A stretch of 53,974 nt of DNA from Candidatus Woesearchaeota archaeon (GCA_018302125.1 JAGWAC010000004.1:1-53974); one strand, 5' to 3'; positions 29,984 through 39,617 are shown, counted from the stretch's first letter. Numbers and translations: made by a program. Notes: generated from the letters alone by a model not told the origin.

Positions 29984-30322
29984 TTAATTATCCTTGGGAT
30001 TATAAGGGTCTTTATTATCTATAAGTTCTAAAGTATATTTTAAAATAGCAACTATCTCAGATTTGCTATATTTATCAACATTTCTTTCAAATTCTTCTCT
30101 TGCAAATTTTAATGGGTTTTTGCCTGTAGTTCTTACTTTATCTTCTTTTGTTGTGTTCGGTTTACCAATTCTATTTTTATTCCCATTAAATAATAAATTG
30201 CTTATTAAAAAATCCATTTGCTTTTCAATATCTATTGAAACACTAATTGCATTTCCTCTAATTGCTCTTAAAATACTTTCTTGTCTATCCTTTTCTAATA
30301 GGTCTTTTTCATCATAATCCAA
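29984..30322 (-). CDS. Hypothetical protein, possibly a degraded gene
   Basis: TTG start; frame stays open upstream to about 30388 without an ATG. Confidence 0.35.
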   Translation of the reverse strand: MDYDEKDLLEKDRQESILRAIRGNAISVSIDIEKQMDFLISNLLFNGNKNRIGKPNTTKEDKVRTTGKNPLKFAREEFERNVDKYSKSEIVAILKYTLELIDNKDPYNPKDN

Positions 30323-30388
30323 ATATTTCCTTATTTCTTCCAGAACTTTTGCATCACATTCAAATATTTTCGCGTGCTTGTCTATAAT

Positions 30389-31342
30389 TTATTTATTATT
30401 TGAAAACTCCAATGCAATTCTTAAAGCTTCAAAAGCATCTTCTCCCTTTATTGGAAATTCTTTGCCTTCTTTAATGCAATTCAAAAAAGATTGTAACTCT
30501 ACTTTTAACGGCTCTTCTTTTTTGATTTCCATATTAACCTTTGTTGGTTTTCCAAATTTAATTATAAAATCTCCAAAGTCATCATAATCTTTTGCATAAT
30601 TGCTTTTGTAAACATCTAATTCTTGAGTAATATAATTTAGTTCAGCATATCCTCTTGAGCCAGTAACATTAAGCAATCTTATTTTAATTGGTGTTACCCA
30701 ATTTACTTGAATAAATGCATTTGTGTTTCCATATTTTAGCAACAAATCAGCATAATCCCCATTTGATATCAAGGAATTTCCTAGTAACCCGAACAATTTT
30801 GATGGTTTTTTATTCAATAAGTAATTAAAAATATCAATATCATGCACAGCCAAGTCAATTATGACATTTGTGTCTTTAACTTTTGGGGGAATAACGCCGA
30901 CTCTTCTACACATAATAGAATTAATTTCACCTAATTCAAAATTATCTAGTAACTCTTTTAGTTTTATTATTGCTGGATTAAATCTTTCAATATGCCCGAC
31001 CATGAATTTTATATTTTTTTCTCTTGCTTTTCTTATAATTTCATTTGCATTTTCCAATGTATCAGCTATTGGTTTTTCAAGCAGAAAAGGAACTCTATTT
31101 TCAATAACGTCCAGAGCTACCATCTTGTGAAAAGAAGTTGGAACAACAATAGAAACAGCATCTAACTTTTCTTTAGAAAGCATTTCTTTGTAATCTTTAT
31201 AATAATTGCATCTGAATTTTTCGCTGACTTTTTTTCCTAGTTCCTTATTAATGTCGCTGACAGCAGCAAGGCAACCAGCCTCACAATAGACTCTGGCATG
31301 ATTGCTTCCCATGTTTCCAATACCAATAACGCCTACCTTCAT
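30389..31342 (-). CDS. Gfo/Idh/MocA oxidoreductase (WbpB-like UDP-sugar 3-dehydrogenase)
   Basis: GIGNMG, EKPIA, GHIERFNP, DLAVHDID; coupled to DegT gene. Confidence 0.88.
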   Translation of the reverse strand: MKVGVIGIGNMGSNHARVYCEAGCLAAVSDINKELGKKVSEKFRCNYYKDYKEMLSKEKLDAVSIVVPTSFHKMVALDVIENRVPFLLEKPIADTLENANEIIRKAREKNIKFMVGHIERFNPAIIKLKELLDNFELGEINSIMCRRVGVIPPKVKDTNVIIDLAVHDIDIFNYLLNKKPSKLFGLLGNSLISNGDYADLLLKYGNTNAFIQVNWVTPIKIRLLNVTGSRGYAELNYITQELDVYKSNYAKDYDDFGDFIIKFGKPTKVNMEIKKEEPLKVELQSFLNCIKEGKEFPIKGEDAFEALRIALEFSNNK

Positions 31343-32412
31343 GTTATTTCCTTTAATATTTTTATTATATAATCTAGTTCATCTCTAGTCAAGCTTGGAT
31401 GAACGGGCAAAGATAAAACTTTCTTGCATAATTCATTAACAACTTTAAATTCTTTTCCATCATACCCCAATTTCTTGTATATTGGCTGCTCAAAAACAGG
31501 TTTGGGATAAAATATGTCTCCTTTAATTCCATTGTCAAGCAATTTCTTCAATACTTCATCCCTGTTCTCAGTCAAAATAGTAAACTGGTGAAATACATGT
31601 TTATATCCTTCTTTTACTTTTGGAAGAACTATATTAGAATCTTTTAAATTTTTTATTAAGTAATTAGCATTCTCAATTCTTTTATTATTAAAAAAATCCA
31701 ATTTCTTTAATTGTTCTATACCAATTGCTCCGGCAATATTAGTCATTCTAAAATTTAATCCAAATATTTCATGATAATATCTTGTTTTGCTTCCATGATT
31801 TATTATCATCCTACATTTCTCGGCAAATTGTTCATCATTGGTTGTAATTAATCCGCCTTCTGAAGTTGTCATGTTCTTTGTTGGATAAAAAGAAAAGCAC
31901 CCAGCCCCAAAACTTCCTGCTTTTCTTTGTTTAAATTCTGCACCATGTGCTTGTGCAGCATCCTCAATTAAAATTAAATTATTATTTTTGCAAATCTCAG
32001 AAATCTTGTCCATATCAGGCATCAATCCAAAAAGAGAAACTGCAATTATTGCTTTTGTTTTTTTGGTAATTTTTTCTTGAATTAAATCTGGATTTATATT
32101 AAAATTGTCTTCATGAATATCAACAAAAACAGGTTTTGCATTTACGCTTAAAATAGAGTTTGCAGTTGCGGCAAAAGTAAAAGAAGTTGTAATTACTTCA
32201 TCTCCTTCCTTGATATCGTATCCCATTAAAGCAGTTTGCAAAGCAGTTGTTCCAGAAGAAGTGGCAATTCCGTATTTAACTCCAATATATTTTGCAAAAT
32301 TTTTCTCAAACTCCCTGACTTTTTCACCCTGAGCCAAAATACCCGACTTTAGAACATCTGAAACAGCCTTAATTTCCTCTTCCCCAATTACTGGTTTTGC
32401 AATATTTATCAT
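31339..32412 (-). CDS. DegT/DnrJ/EryC1/StrS aminotransferase (WbpE-like)
   Basis: SGTTAL, EDAAQAHGA, SFYPTKN, SLPVHP. Confidence 0.93.
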   Translation of the reverse strand: MINIAKPVIGEEEIKAVSDVLKSGILAQGEKVREFEKNFAKYIGVKYGIATSSGTTALQTALMGYDIKEGDEVITTSFTFAATANSILSVNAKPVFVDIHEDNFNINPDLIQEKITKKTKAIIAVSLFGLMPDMDKISEICKNNNLILIEDAAQAHGAEFKQRKAGSFGAGCFSFYPTKNMTTSEGGLITTNDEQFAEKCRMIINHGSKTRYYHEIFGLNFRMTNIAGAIGIEQLKKLDFFNNKRIENANYLIKNLKDSNIVLPKVKEGYKHVFHQFTILTENRDEVLKKLLDNGIKGDIFYPKPVFEQPIYKKLGYDGKEFKVVNELCKKVLSLPVHPSLTRDELDYIIKILKEIT

Positions 32413-32464
32413 CTTTTTTCTACCATAAAAATGTATTTAAAGTTATTTATTAACTAAATTTCTA

Positions 32465-33097
32465 ATGGATCTAATATGCATAGATATGGATAATACCTTG
32501 ATAGATTCTGATAAAACCCATATCATAGGTTATCTTTACGCTTTTAAAAAGAACAAGCTTCCAAAAGTTTCTATAAAAAAAATAAAAAAATACTTCGGAC
32601 TGGTAAGTTCTGAAATTGTAAAAAATTTATTTCCAGAAATATCTGGGCAAAAACTTCAGAAAATATTGGAAGATAATTATAAATACTTTTTTAAGCAAAG
32701 GCACCACCTAAAAGCTTTCAGAGGAATAAAAAAAACATTATCAATCTTAAACAAAAAATATAATTTGGTTTTAATTTCAAATTGCTCAAAAAAAGAAGTT
32801 ATAGCTTCTATTAAAAAAACAAAAATTAATCCTAAATTATTTAAATTAATGATAGGAAGTAATGAAGTAAAAAGGCCAAAACCATACCCAGATGAAATTT
32901 TGTTGGCTGAAAAAAAATTAAGGCAAAAAGTAAAGTTTGTAATTGGTGATTCTCCTTATGATATAATAGCTGGAAAAAAGGCAAAGGCAAAAACAATAGC
33001 TGTGTTAACAGGCAATCACTCAAAAAAAGATTTAGAAAAAGAACACCCAGATTTTATCTTAAAGGATTTTAATAAAATCTTAAAAATTCTAAAATAA
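32465..33097 (+). CDS. HAD family hydrolase
   Basis: DMDNTL, KPYPD, IGDSPYD. Confidence 0.9.
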   Translation: MDLICIDMDNTLIDSDKTHIIGYLYAFKKNKLPKVSIKKIKKYFGLVSSEIVKNLFPEISGQKLQKILEDNYKYFFKQRHHLKAFRGIKKTLSILNKKYNLVLISNCSKKEVIASIKKTKINPKLFKLMIGSNEVKRPKPYPDEILLAEKKLRQKVKFVIGDSPYDIIAGKKAKAKTIAVLTGNHSKKDLEKEHPDFILKDFNKILKILK

Positions 33098-33163
33098 AAT
33101 TATATACTCTAATATAAGAATATTTAAAAAGAAACTATTATTCTACAGTGATAAGAGGGGGAA

Positions 33164-33370
33164 TTGTTAATGCAATATGCTTTACATAATAAAAAAACAG
33201 GTGAAGTAAAAACTTATGAAGTATCTTACTCACAAGTACTTCAGGAAAAAACAAACAGACTATTGACAACATTAATTATTCTTATATTCGTTCTATTATT
33301 GGTAATTGGATATACCTTAATTAAAGTTGACACCCTGAATATACCAACTAGATTAATCTATGGCTGGTAA
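33164..33370 (+). CDS. Small single-TM hypothetical protein
   Basis: One hydrophobic helix; purine-rich GAGGGGG upstream. Confidence 0.55.
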   Translation: MLMQYALHNKKTGEVKTYEVSYSQVLQEKTNRLLTTLIILIFVLLLVIGYTLIKVDTLNIPTRLIYGW

Positions 33371-33395
33371 ATTCAGAGATAAAAAATAAAAAGAA

Positions 33396-33617
33396 TTAAT
33401 TGTAACTATTAAGATACAAAGCTAATATCTGGATATTAAGGTTTTTATATTGTCTCTTAAAGTGATTATATCTGATTTTTCTCTCTTTTAATGCCCAGAT
33501 CTTCACCCACAAGTCTTTCTGAGATTTTAATGGTAACTCCTTATTCTCAGAAATCATGTAAATATGGTTGTATGCTAATAGCTGTTTATGCACCTTTAAA
33601 AGCTGTTCTTGTAACAT
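33396..33617 (-). CDS. Small hypothetical protein
   Basis: ATG ORF with TATA-like element upstream. Confidence 0.45.
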   Translation of the reverse strand: MLQEQLLKVHKQLLAYNHIYMISENKELPLKSQKDLWVKIWALKERKIRYNHFKRQYKNLNIQILALYLNSYN

Positions 33618-33736
33618 TTTTATTCTTTTTCCTATAAGATATTTATAGTAGTAGTCCTAACTACTATATAAACATTAGCTAATTAAAAATAGCAAAAACT
33701 TATATAATTCTCTTAAACCAGTTTAATAAGCCAAAA

Positions 33737-34099
33737 ATGTACCATATAATACTTGATACTGATTTTATTCTGCATTCAATAGAAAATAAAGTAGATTTTT
33801 TTGAAGAAATAAAACGAATATCTCAGTTTAAATATAAAATTTGTATAATAGACAGAACTTTAGAAGAATTAAAAAATAAAAAAAATGAAAAATTAGCTCT
33901 AAGTCTATTAAAAAATAAAGTTGATATAATACAAACCAAAAAAGACAAGCCTGTAGATGACCTTATTTTAAGCCTGGGGAGTAAGAATATTGTGGTTTGT
34001 ACTTCTGACAAAGAACTTAAGGAAAAGCTTAAAAAGAGGAATATTCCGGTTATTCATTTAAGAAAAAGAAAATATCTTGTGATAGAGAATGTATTATAA
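33737..34099 (+). CDS. PIN-domain protein (Fcf1/Utp24-like)
   Basis: ILDTDF, VDD, TSDKEL; conserved position upstream of rpoE1 in archaea. Confidence 0.88.
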   Translation: MYHIILDTDFILHSIENKVDFFEEIKRISQFKYKICIIDRTLEELKNKKNEKLALSLLKNKVDIIQTKKDKPVDDLILSLGSKNIVVCTSDKELKEKLKKRNIPVIHLRKRKYLVIENVL

Positions 34100-34664
34100 A
34101 ATTAATGTCAAAACCTTCATCAGAGTACCGCCTTCAAATTTTGGAAAGGACACTAGAAATATAATTTTAAATATATTAAATGAACAATTTCAAAACTATA
34201 TCTCAGAAAGATTAGGCATAGTTATTGGTGTTCTTGATGTTCAAGAGACAGGCGAAGGAGTAATAATTCCTGGTGATGGAGCAGCATATCATGAAACCAA
34301 ATTTACCTTGCTTACATTCAAGCCAGAAGTTCAGGAGATTGTTCTTGGAAATGTATCAGAAATCACAGATTTTGGTGCATTCTTGGATTTAGGTGCTATC
34401 GAAGGTATGATTCATGTTTCACAAACAATGGATGATTTCGTAAGCTTCTCTAAATCAAATGTTTTGACAGGAAAAGAATCGAAAAAAGTTTTAAAAGTTA
34501 ATGATAAATGCAGAGCAAGAATAATTGCAGTTTCATTCAAAGATTTAGCCAATCCAAAAGTTGGTCTTACAATGAGGCAGCCTTTTTTAGGGGCAATCAA
34601 TTGGATTGAAGAGGAAATTAAATCAAATTCAAAAGTAATTGAAGAGAAACAAAGTAAAAAATAA
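34089..34664 (+). CDS. rpoE1: DNA-directed RNA polymerase subunit E' (Rpo7)
   Basis: IPGDGAAY, S1 domain FGAF..HVSQ..DD, GLTMRQPFLG. Confidence 0.97.
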   Translation: MYYKINVKTFIRVPPSNFGKDTRNIILNILNEQFQNYISERLGIVIGVLDVQETGEGVIIPGDGAAYHETKFTLLTFKPEVQEIVLGNVSEITDFGAFLDLGAIEGMIHVSQTMDDFVSFSKSNVLTGKESKKVLKVNDKCRARIIAVSFKDLANPKVGLTMRQPFLGAINWIEEEIKSNSKVIEEKQSKK

Positions 34665-34711
34665 TTAAGCTTCCAGTTTTTTGATGAAGCTTTTTTCAAA
34701 AAATTAGAAAA

Positions 34712-34897
34712 ATGGTAAAAAAAGTTTGTAGAAAAGACAAATTATTGTTCGAAGGATCAGTATGCCCATTATGCAAGTCAGATTCATTTGGTCAGAACTG
34801 GAAAGGAAGAATATTCATAATAGATGCAAATAAATCAGAAATAGCAAAAAAAATAGGTATAACGGCAAAAGGCGAGTACGCAATTAAGGTAAAATAA
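34712..34897 (+). CDS. spt4: Transcription elongation factor Spt4 (RpoE'')
   Basis: CPLC, WKG, SEIAKK, GEYAIKV; follows rpoE1. Confidence 0.95.
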   Translation: MVKKVCRKDKLLFEGSVCPLCKSDSFGQNWKGRIFIIDANKSEIAKKIGITAKGEYAIKVK

Positions 34898-34899
34898 AA

Positions 34900-35184
34900 A
34901 TGCAAATTCTAGAACAAAAAGAAGAAAAATTATTGCATAGAAAAGAAATTAAATTTAAAGTAAATTTTGAAAAAGTTACTCCAACTAAAGAAACCTTAAA
35001 AAAACAAATTTCTGAAAAATTAAAAGTAGAGCCCGAATTAATTGTAATTGAAAAAGCCAGCCAATGTTTTGGAGAAAGAACAGTAGAAGTTTCTGTATTA
35101 ATTTATTCTGACAAAGATTCAATGAAAAAAGTAGAAGTAAGGAATAAAAAAATAAAGAAAAAGCAGGAAGCTAAAAAAGAATAA
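34900..35184 (+). CDS. rps24e: 30S ribosomal protein eS24
   Basis: LLHRKEI, TP, FG; synteny with spt4 and rps27ae. Confidence 0.92.
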   Translation: MQILEQKEEKLLHRKEIKFKVNFEKVTPTKETLKKQISEKLKVEPELIVIEKASQCFGERTVEVSVLIYSDKDSMKKVEVRNKKIKKKQEAKKE

Positions 35185-35369
35185 TGGCAAAACAAAAAGT
35201 AAAAAATAAAAAACCAAGTGAAAGATGGAAAAAATACAAAGTAGATCCATCAGGCAAATTAATTAAATCAAAATCCTGCCCTAAATGTAGTGAAGGAATT
35301 TTCATGGCAGAGCACAAGGACAGATCTTATTGTGGTAACTGCAAATATACAGAATTCAAAGCTAAATAA
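35184..35369 (+). CDS. rps27ae: 30S ribosomal protein eS31 (S27ae)
   Basis: [19 protein letters not shown]. Confidence 0.96.
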   Translation: MAKQKVKNKKPSERWKKYKVDPSGKLIKSKSCPKCSEGIFMAEHKDRSYCGNCKYTEFKAK

Positions 35370-35624
35370 AAAATTTTTAAATACTTTTATCCCATTTATA
35401 ATCAGTATAAAGGATAAATATTTAAAATTAATTTAGAACCATCTGGTAAAGTTCTAAAGTTCTTTCCTCTTTTTCAGTTTTTTCCTCTAAATTTTCACCC
35501 ATATTAAAAAATTCTAAAAAAACAGATTTTAATAAACTAATATATTCATTATTAGGTAGTAACAAATAGAAAGATTTATAAATTAAAAAAATCAAAAAAT
35601 AATAAGGAAAAACCATAAAAAAAT

Positions 35625-35915
35625 ATGGAAATACATTCAAGCAACTATAGCGCAAGAGCAGAAAGTATTGTTGAAAGAGCTAAAAAAAGTGGAGTAGCTT
35701 CATTTTTTAAGAACTCATCTAGTCGTGATAAATTAGATATCTCTCTTGAAGATCTTTGTGCTTTAATTGGAGTTGGTGCCAGGATAATTAATTTAAATGA
35801 TAGCTACAAAAGCGAAGAATTTTCATATAAACATGAAGTAGAATATGAATATTTCAGATTTATTGCATTTAGCGAAGAATTAATTTCCCCAGTTATTATG
35901 CAAGCTCACCGCTAA
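35625..35915 (+). CDS. Hypothetical protein
   Basis: ATG ORF in gap, no recognisable motif. Confidence 0.5.
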   Translation: MEIHSSNYSARAESIVERAKKSGVASFFKNSSSRDKLDISLEDLCALIGVGARIINLNDSYKSEEFSYKHEVEYEYFRFIAFSEELISPVIMQAHR

Positions 35916-35976
35916 AAAAACATAACCTTTATAAATAAATATTTTAATCAAAAAAGAACAGGAGTTAAGATCAAAT

Positions 35977-37263
35977 ATGGCAAAACAAAAACCCCACTTA
36001 AATGTTATCTTTGTAGGTCATGTAGACCATGGTAAAAGTACAACTGTAGGTAGATTATTCTATGATGCTGGTGTTGTAGATGAACAAACTATGAGAAAGT
36101 TAAAAGAGAAAGCCCAGGAATTAGGTAAAGTTGGATTTGAATTTGCTTTTATTATGGATACTTTAAAAGAAGAAAGAGAAAGAGGAGTTACAATTGATTT
36201 AAACTATAAAAAATTTATAACTGATAAAAGAGAAATTACAATTATTGACGCTCCAGGTCACAGGGATTTTGTTAAAAATATGATTACTGGTTCTTCACAA
36301 GCAGATGTAGCTTTCTTAGTTGTTTCTGCTGTTGATGGAATTCAAGCACAAACAAAAGAGCACGCTTTATTGACAAAAACATTAGGAGTTGGTCAAATAG
36401 CAGTAGCTGTAAATAAAATGGATGTAGCTAATTTTGATGAAGCTAAATATAAGAAAATTAAAGATGAAGTTACTGTTTTATTAAAACAGTCTGGTTATAA
36501 AACAGAAGGTGTTGCTTTTATACCAATATCAGCATTTAAAGGAGATAATGTAGCAAAGAAATCTGAAAATATGTCTTGGTATAAAGGACCAACAATAAAA
36601 GAACAATTAGATTTATTCAAGGAACCTGAGAAACCAACAAACTTACCATTAAGACTTCCAATTCAGGATGTTTACAACATTACTGGTATTGGTGTAGTTC
36701 CAGTTGGTAAAGTTGAAACAGGAGTTATGAAAATTGGGGACAAAGTAATTATTGTTCCAGCAAGAGAAGGCAAAGGTATTTCTGGCGAAGTAAAAACAAT
36801 CGAAATGCATCATGAACAAGTTCAAGTAGCAGAGCCCGGTGACAACATTGGTTTTAACATAAGAGGTGTTGCTAAAAAAGATATTGCAAGAGGAGATGTT
36901 CTTGGTCATTTAGACAAACCACCTCACGTCTTGCCTAAAGACGCAGAATTCACTGCCCAAATTATTGTAATAAATCATCCCACAGTTATGACAGCAGGAT
37001 ATACACCAGTATTCCACATACATACAGCACAAGTTGCTTGTCAAATAGTGAAAATTGAAAAGAAATTAGACCCAGCAACAGGTGTAGTAATTCAGGAAAA
37101 TCCTGATTTTTTGAAAAATGGGGAAGCTGCAATTGTAAAGGTTAAACCAACAAAACCTTTGGTAATTGAAAAACAGAAAGATATTCCTCATATGGCGAAA
37201 TTTGCTATAAGAGATGCAGGATCAACAGTAGCAGTTGGTATATGCACTGACTACTCCCAATAA
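35977..37263 (+). CDS. tuf: Translation elongation factor EF-1alpha
   Basis: [37 protein letters not shown]. Confidence 0.99.
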   Translation: MAKQKPHLNVIFVGHVDHGKSTTVGRLFYDAGVVDEQTMRKLKEKAQELGKVGFEFAFIMDTLKEERERGVTIDLNYKKFITDKREITIIDAPGHRDFVKNMITGSSQADVAFLVVSAVDGIQAQTKEHALLTKTLGVGQIAVAVNKMDVANFDEAKYKKIKDEVTVLLKQSGYKTEGVAFIPISAFKGDNVAKKSENMSWYKGPTIKEQLDLFKEPEKPTNLPLRLPIQDVYNITGIGVVPVGKVETGVMKIGDKVIIVPAREGKGISGEVKTIEMHHEQVQVAEPGDNIGFNIRGVAKKDIARGDVLGHLDKPPHVLPKDAEFTAQIIVINHPTVMTAGYTPVFHIHTAQVACQIVKIEKKLDPATGVVIQENPDFLKNGEAAIVKVKPTKPLVIEKQKDIPHMAKFAIRDAGSTVAVGICTDYSQ

Positions 37264-37343
37264 TTTTTTATTAAACTTTTTCAGATTTACCTTGTTCACT
37301 TTCCTATAATTAATTTACTTTCGGATCTACTTCTTTTAAGAAA

Positions 37344-38057
37344 TCACTTTTGTGCTGTTATAATAGCTTCTAAATGTTTACGGAAAATTCTTTTTATTTT
37401 TTTAAAACCTATTTCCTGCATTAATTTCTTTTGTTCAGGTTCTGTCATTTTTCTATAGGGCTTTTCATCCTCTAAATAATGATTAACCCATTCTTTCTTT
37501 AAATCTGGACGTCCAATTTCTTCAAATTTATCAAATTGCTTTAATTGCCAGTCTGAATGAATTTTATCTTTCTTTTCATTTCCGAAATAATATTTATCTG
37601 AATTAATAAAAAATCCTCTGTTTTTCAAACACCTGTAAATTTCTCTTAAAACTTCTTCTCTATAATTTCTTTCAAAATTATGTAAAGTAAAAGCAGAAGC
37701 AAAAGCATCAAAAGTTTCATCCTCTACAGATTTAAGATATTTTATAGCATTATTTAGAACAAATTTAACTCTCGGGCTTTCAAAATTAAATAATCCTAAA
37801 GAAATTCTTGCTTGTTCTATCATTATTTTTTCATTATCTACTGCAGTAACTGAAATTTTCTGACTTGCTCTTAAAATTCTGCCAGTTGTATGGCCTGTTC
37901 CACAGCCTATTTCTAAAACTTCAATTATCCCATTATTTTTTATAGAATACTCAAATAATTTTTGTTCAATTATGTTTTGTAAATCTTCATAATAGGGACA
38001 AATTGATTTAAACAAGTCATAATCTTCTCCGATTCTTCCTGAAAATCTTTTATTCAT
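37344..38057 (-). CDS. Class I SAM-dependent methyltransferase (CmoA-like fold)
   Basis: VLEIGCGTG, FTLHN, GFFINSD. Confidence 0.88.
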   Translation of the reverse strand: MNKRFSGRIGEDYDLFKSICPYYEDLQNIIEQKLFEYSIKNNGIIEVLEIGCGTGHTTGRILRASQKISVTAVDNEKIMIEQARISLGLFNFESPRVKFVLNNAIKYLKSVEDETFDAFASAFTLHNFERNYREEVLREIYRCLKNRGFFINSDKYYFGNEKKDKIHSDWQLKQFDKFEEIGRPDLKKEWVNHYLEDEKPYRKMTEPEQKKLMQEIGFKKIKRIFRKHLEAIITAQK

Positions 38058-38225
38058 TCTTCTTGGAATACTTAATTTTTCTAAAACACACTAGTCATCA
38101 AATTTCTTGATCAATTTTTTGTTATTAATAGAAATTTCAGACCTTTCTAATCTGGCTACTATTCCTTTGTAACTTGTTTCATAACTATGAATATCCAGTT
38201 TGTCTTTTTTTATTTTCTGAACCAT
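38058..38225 (-). pseudogene. Probable N-terminal remnant of an archaeal tyrosine integrase, with internal TAG
   Basis: MVQKIKKDKLDIHSYETSYKGIVARLERSEISINNKKLIKKFDD*CVLEKLSIPRR; recalled resemblance to N-termini of tRNA-adjacent archaeal integrases; starts about 60 nt after the tRNA 3' end. Confidence 0.6.
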
Positions 38226-38283
38226 ACAATATGCATAGTTCTTCCTTCTATTTAAATAAAATGGAACTACGCAAGTAGTATAA

Positions 38284-38402
38284 CGCCGCGACCCGGATTT
38301 GAACCGGGATGCCTTTGCAGGCCAGGCTAACTAGATTTTTTTCCAGGCCTGTGCAATCTCCTGAATTTTTTCAAAGAGTTTACCAGGTTATGCGATCGCG
38401 GC
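38284..38402 (-). tRNA. tRNA-Ser(GGA) with two introns (D-loop 38358-38381; 37/38 at 38329-38340), no encoded CCA
   Basis: Acceptor GCCGCGA/TCGCGGC + G73; T-arm CCCGG-TTCAAAT-CCGGG; anticodon stem CAGGC/GCCTG with CT-GGA-AA after splicing; long variable arm CCT-GCAA-AGG; both introns form BHB-like motifs. Confidence 0.93.
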
Positions 38403-38441
38403 ATAATAAAAATTTTAAAAAAATATTACTTATAAAGATAG

Positions 38442-39044
38442 CTATTTTTCTCCTAAAGTTAAAATGGCAAATAAGCCAATTCTTTTTTGTTTTATCACTT
38501 TTAATTTGTTTTTCTCAAAAGCTTTTTGAAATTCTTTTTCATTATAGATTTTTACATGTCCTGGCTCTATTTTTTTAAATAACCAATGAATAAAATTAGA
38601 GTAAAAATTTATGTCTGTAATAATTAATTTTCCTTTCTTTTTTAAAACTCTTGACATCTCTTTTATAGCTTTATTGGGATTTGGAAAATGGTGGAAAGCT
38701 TCTGTATTTATTACATAATCAAAAAAGTTATTCTCAAATTGGATTTTTTCAACATCACTGAATTTTAATATTGCTTTATTTCCTAGCTTTTTCCTAGCTA
38801 TTTTTAACATATTTTTAGAAATATCTATGCCAAATAATTTCAATTTTTGATTTTTATTATATAAATAAATTAAGCTGTCACCAGTTCCACAACCAACATC
38901 TAAGATTTTAATATTATCTTTTAATTTTATCTCAACAACAGTTTTCTTCTGTATATATAATAGCCAGGGCTTTACAAAAAAAGAATAATCATAGAATCTA
39001 GCCCATAAATCAAAAAATCTTCTATTGATCTCTTTTATTTCCAT
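38442..39044 (-). CDS. Class I SAM-dependent methyltransferase (UbiE-like)
   Basis: ILDVGCGTG, GIDIS, AFHHFP. Confidence 0.9.
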   Translation of the reverse strand: MEIKEINRRFFDLWARFYDYSFFVKPWLLYIQKKTVVEIKLKDNIKILDVGCGTGDSLIYLYNKNQKLKLFGIDISKNMLKIARKKLGNKAILKFSDVEKIQFENNFFDYVINTEAFHHFPNPNKAIKEMSRVLKKKGKLIITDINFYSNFIHWLFKKIEPGHVKIYNEKEFQKAFEKNKLKVIKQKRIGLFAILTLGEK

Positions 39045-39613
39045 TATTCTCTTAAATCTTTCTTCATTTGCTCAAACTCTTTTTTTGTTATTTCTCCTTT
39101 AGCATATCTTTTTTTTAAAATTTCTAAAGAATCTGAACCTAAATTCAGATTTCCATCTTTGAAATATTTAATAAAGAAATATGCCAAAATTAAAATAACT
39201 ATTATCCAGAACAAAATATTCCACCCTCCGAATGGCCAATAAGACATCATTCCAAAACCAGGACCATAAGAACCCATCATGCCTTGAAAACCTCCACGAT
39301 TCATCATATTTTGGGATATTGCATTTCTATTTCCACAATACATCATTTGCGCGATATTTATATGGGTTTGCTTCAAAGATTCTGAGCCTTCTCCACCCAT
39401 TCTTTGATCCATTATTTCATGAATTTCTCCTGGATGCATCAGCTCCATGTAATACTCTCCAATACTTTCCAATTGATCTTCAGTTAAAAGGGAACAAGAA
39501 GTTTTGCTTTGAACAAGTTTTTCGCCTTCAATTATTTTCTCCTCATCTGCGTAAACAATGCCAGACAGCAAAAGTATTAACAAAATAAACATAAGCTTTT
39601 TCATATTTTTCAC
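39044..39613 (-). CDS. SHOCT-domain membrane protein with Met/His/Gly-rich extracellular region
   Basis: Signal/TM, MHPGEIHEIMDQRMGG, GMMG, TM, LEILKKRYAKGEITKKEFEQMKK. Confidence 0.85.
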   Translation of the reverse strand: MKNMKKLMFILLILLLSGIVYADEEKIIEGEKLVQSKTSCSLLTEDQLESIGEYYMELMHPGEIHEIMDQRMGGEGSESLKQTHINIAQMMYCGNRNAISQNMMNRGGFQGMMGSYGPGFGMMSYWPFGGWNILFWIIVILILAYFFIKYFKDGNLNLGSDSLEILKKRYAKGEITKKEFEQMKKDLRE

Positions 39614-39617
39614 TAAG

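Noticed and set aside
35428-35655. 75-aa minus-strand ORF
   Set aside because: Mostly AT-rich intergenic sequence overlapping the 35625 gene; only the last ~24 codons look coding
3800-38093. Alternative genetic code or pyrrolysine suggested by in-frame TGA (3800) and TAG (38091)
   Set aside because: Intact genes in the window end in TGA (e.g. 20708, 48068) and TAG (e.g. aglB, 24686), and conserved genes have no internal stops
38309-38578. 89-aa plus-strand ORF
   Set aside because: Antisense to the tRNA and the methyltransferase 3' end
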